A program made the translations under genes and the position numbers. A stretch of DNA of 44,941 bases from Hydrurus foetidus (Eukaryota), in contig UYFQ01000332.1 of NCBI GenBank assembly GCA_900617105.1, forward strand, positions 1-44,941. Direction: 5' to 3'. This document shows, in pieces, positions 44,051 to 44,941 of this stretch (position 1 is its first letter; every line of letters begins with the position of its first letter). A model generated the notes under the pieces. That model saw nothing but the letters and a program-made list of their open reading frames with translations. It was not told the DNA's origin and ran no database searches.

Positions 44051-44941
44051 ATTGAATTCAATGTATTCCCGCGGAATATTGTTTTGTTTCGCTTCAGCAC
44101 TAAGCTTTAAGCAACACCAAAACGAAGGTTGTGAGGCAAAGCCTTTTCCCCTTTTGAATATTGCCTAGCAATTTGTTCTCAGCAGTATACTCTGATAAAT
44201 ATCTTTTCCATTTTTTTTTTTTTAAAAAAATGTTTGTGTGCAATCGTCAATTCTGACGTTGATTTGTTTAAATTACAATCTGAAGAAGGATCTTAAAACC
44301 TGCAAAATAACATCTTATTTTGCAAATATACTAAACGATGACCCACCCCTATCGGGAGTCGAACCCCGAATATTCAATGGGTGTAGAATCTGTTAAGATA
44401 TTATTTTTATTCATCAAGATATCACTAACGCGCGCGATTCAAGTGTTCTGAATGTGCGATTCATGTTACCATGAAGAAAGTGCATCTAGCGAGAGGTTTT
44501 GACCTTATTTAGGTGAAAACTGATGAAAATCAGTCGTAAACTATGATGTCGCGCTGAGTCCATAACTCTGCATGATGATATCGCTTTTATCGAGTAATCG
44601 TTGCAAACGATTCTCTAGGATATGAGAGACAATTATGCAGAGGGGCGATCGTGTCCGCCTCCGAATTCTCTGTGTATCTTCTGTCAAAAGACATGCAGAA
44701 ATCACCTGCTGACACAATGATATATCTCCTCGGAGAAATATGATTGTAACTCATCGAAGACAGAAGCCCCTCGTCAAAAAAAAATTGCGAGGGCTTCGCC
44801 TCGTTGGTTAAAAGGGTCCTTTGCGTTAGGAACAACGAATAAGTTGGTTTCAACCAACTCTTGTTGAGAAAATCTCTTAGGTGTGAAAGCCAATTTTTGA
44901 GTGGTGAAAAATTTTGGTGTCCGTAAGGATGAAGGAAATGA

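Noticed and set aside
44340..44410. tRNA gene suggested by GGTTCGACTCCC on the minus strand
   Set aside because: Only an imperfect T-arm is present. No acceptor stem, D-arm or anticodon arm could be built.

Overview
Eukaryotic genomic DNA with GT-AG introns. A flagellated protist is likely and a stramenopile is plausible, both by inference. The window is a nest of transposable elements around one host gene. Left to right: (1) a degraded minus-strand Ty1/copia element (Copia-A, <1-~8115) with a CCCH zinc finger and a long unassigned region before the protease, split by a 2-kb TIR-bounded insertion (1934-3939); (2) a second LTR-end/PBS remnant with a 105-aa ORF; (3) a decayed PIF/Harbinger transposase with a convergent Myb/SANT-like fragment; (4) a chromodomain Ty3/gypsy element (10975-17720); (5) a defective copia (Copia-B, 17916-23504, TSD AGTTG); (6) a spliced OFD1-like LisH/coiled-coil gene (~23773-29042); (7) an intact, young relative of Copia-B (Copia-C, 31177-36801, TSD GACAT, 1584-aa ORF); (8) a 550-bp branched foldback; (9) a second Harbinger-type transposase cut by a probable gypsy 5' end, itself cut by a minus-strand chromovirus. 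The most novel-looking signal is in Copia-B/C. Neither has a tRNA primer-binding site or a polypurine tract. Instead, the bases just after the 5' LTR pair with a segment inside the LTR, with a compensatory base change between the two elements. This is the geometry of Tf1-style self-priming, here in Ty1/copia elements. Everything was read by eye; no searches or folding programs were run.
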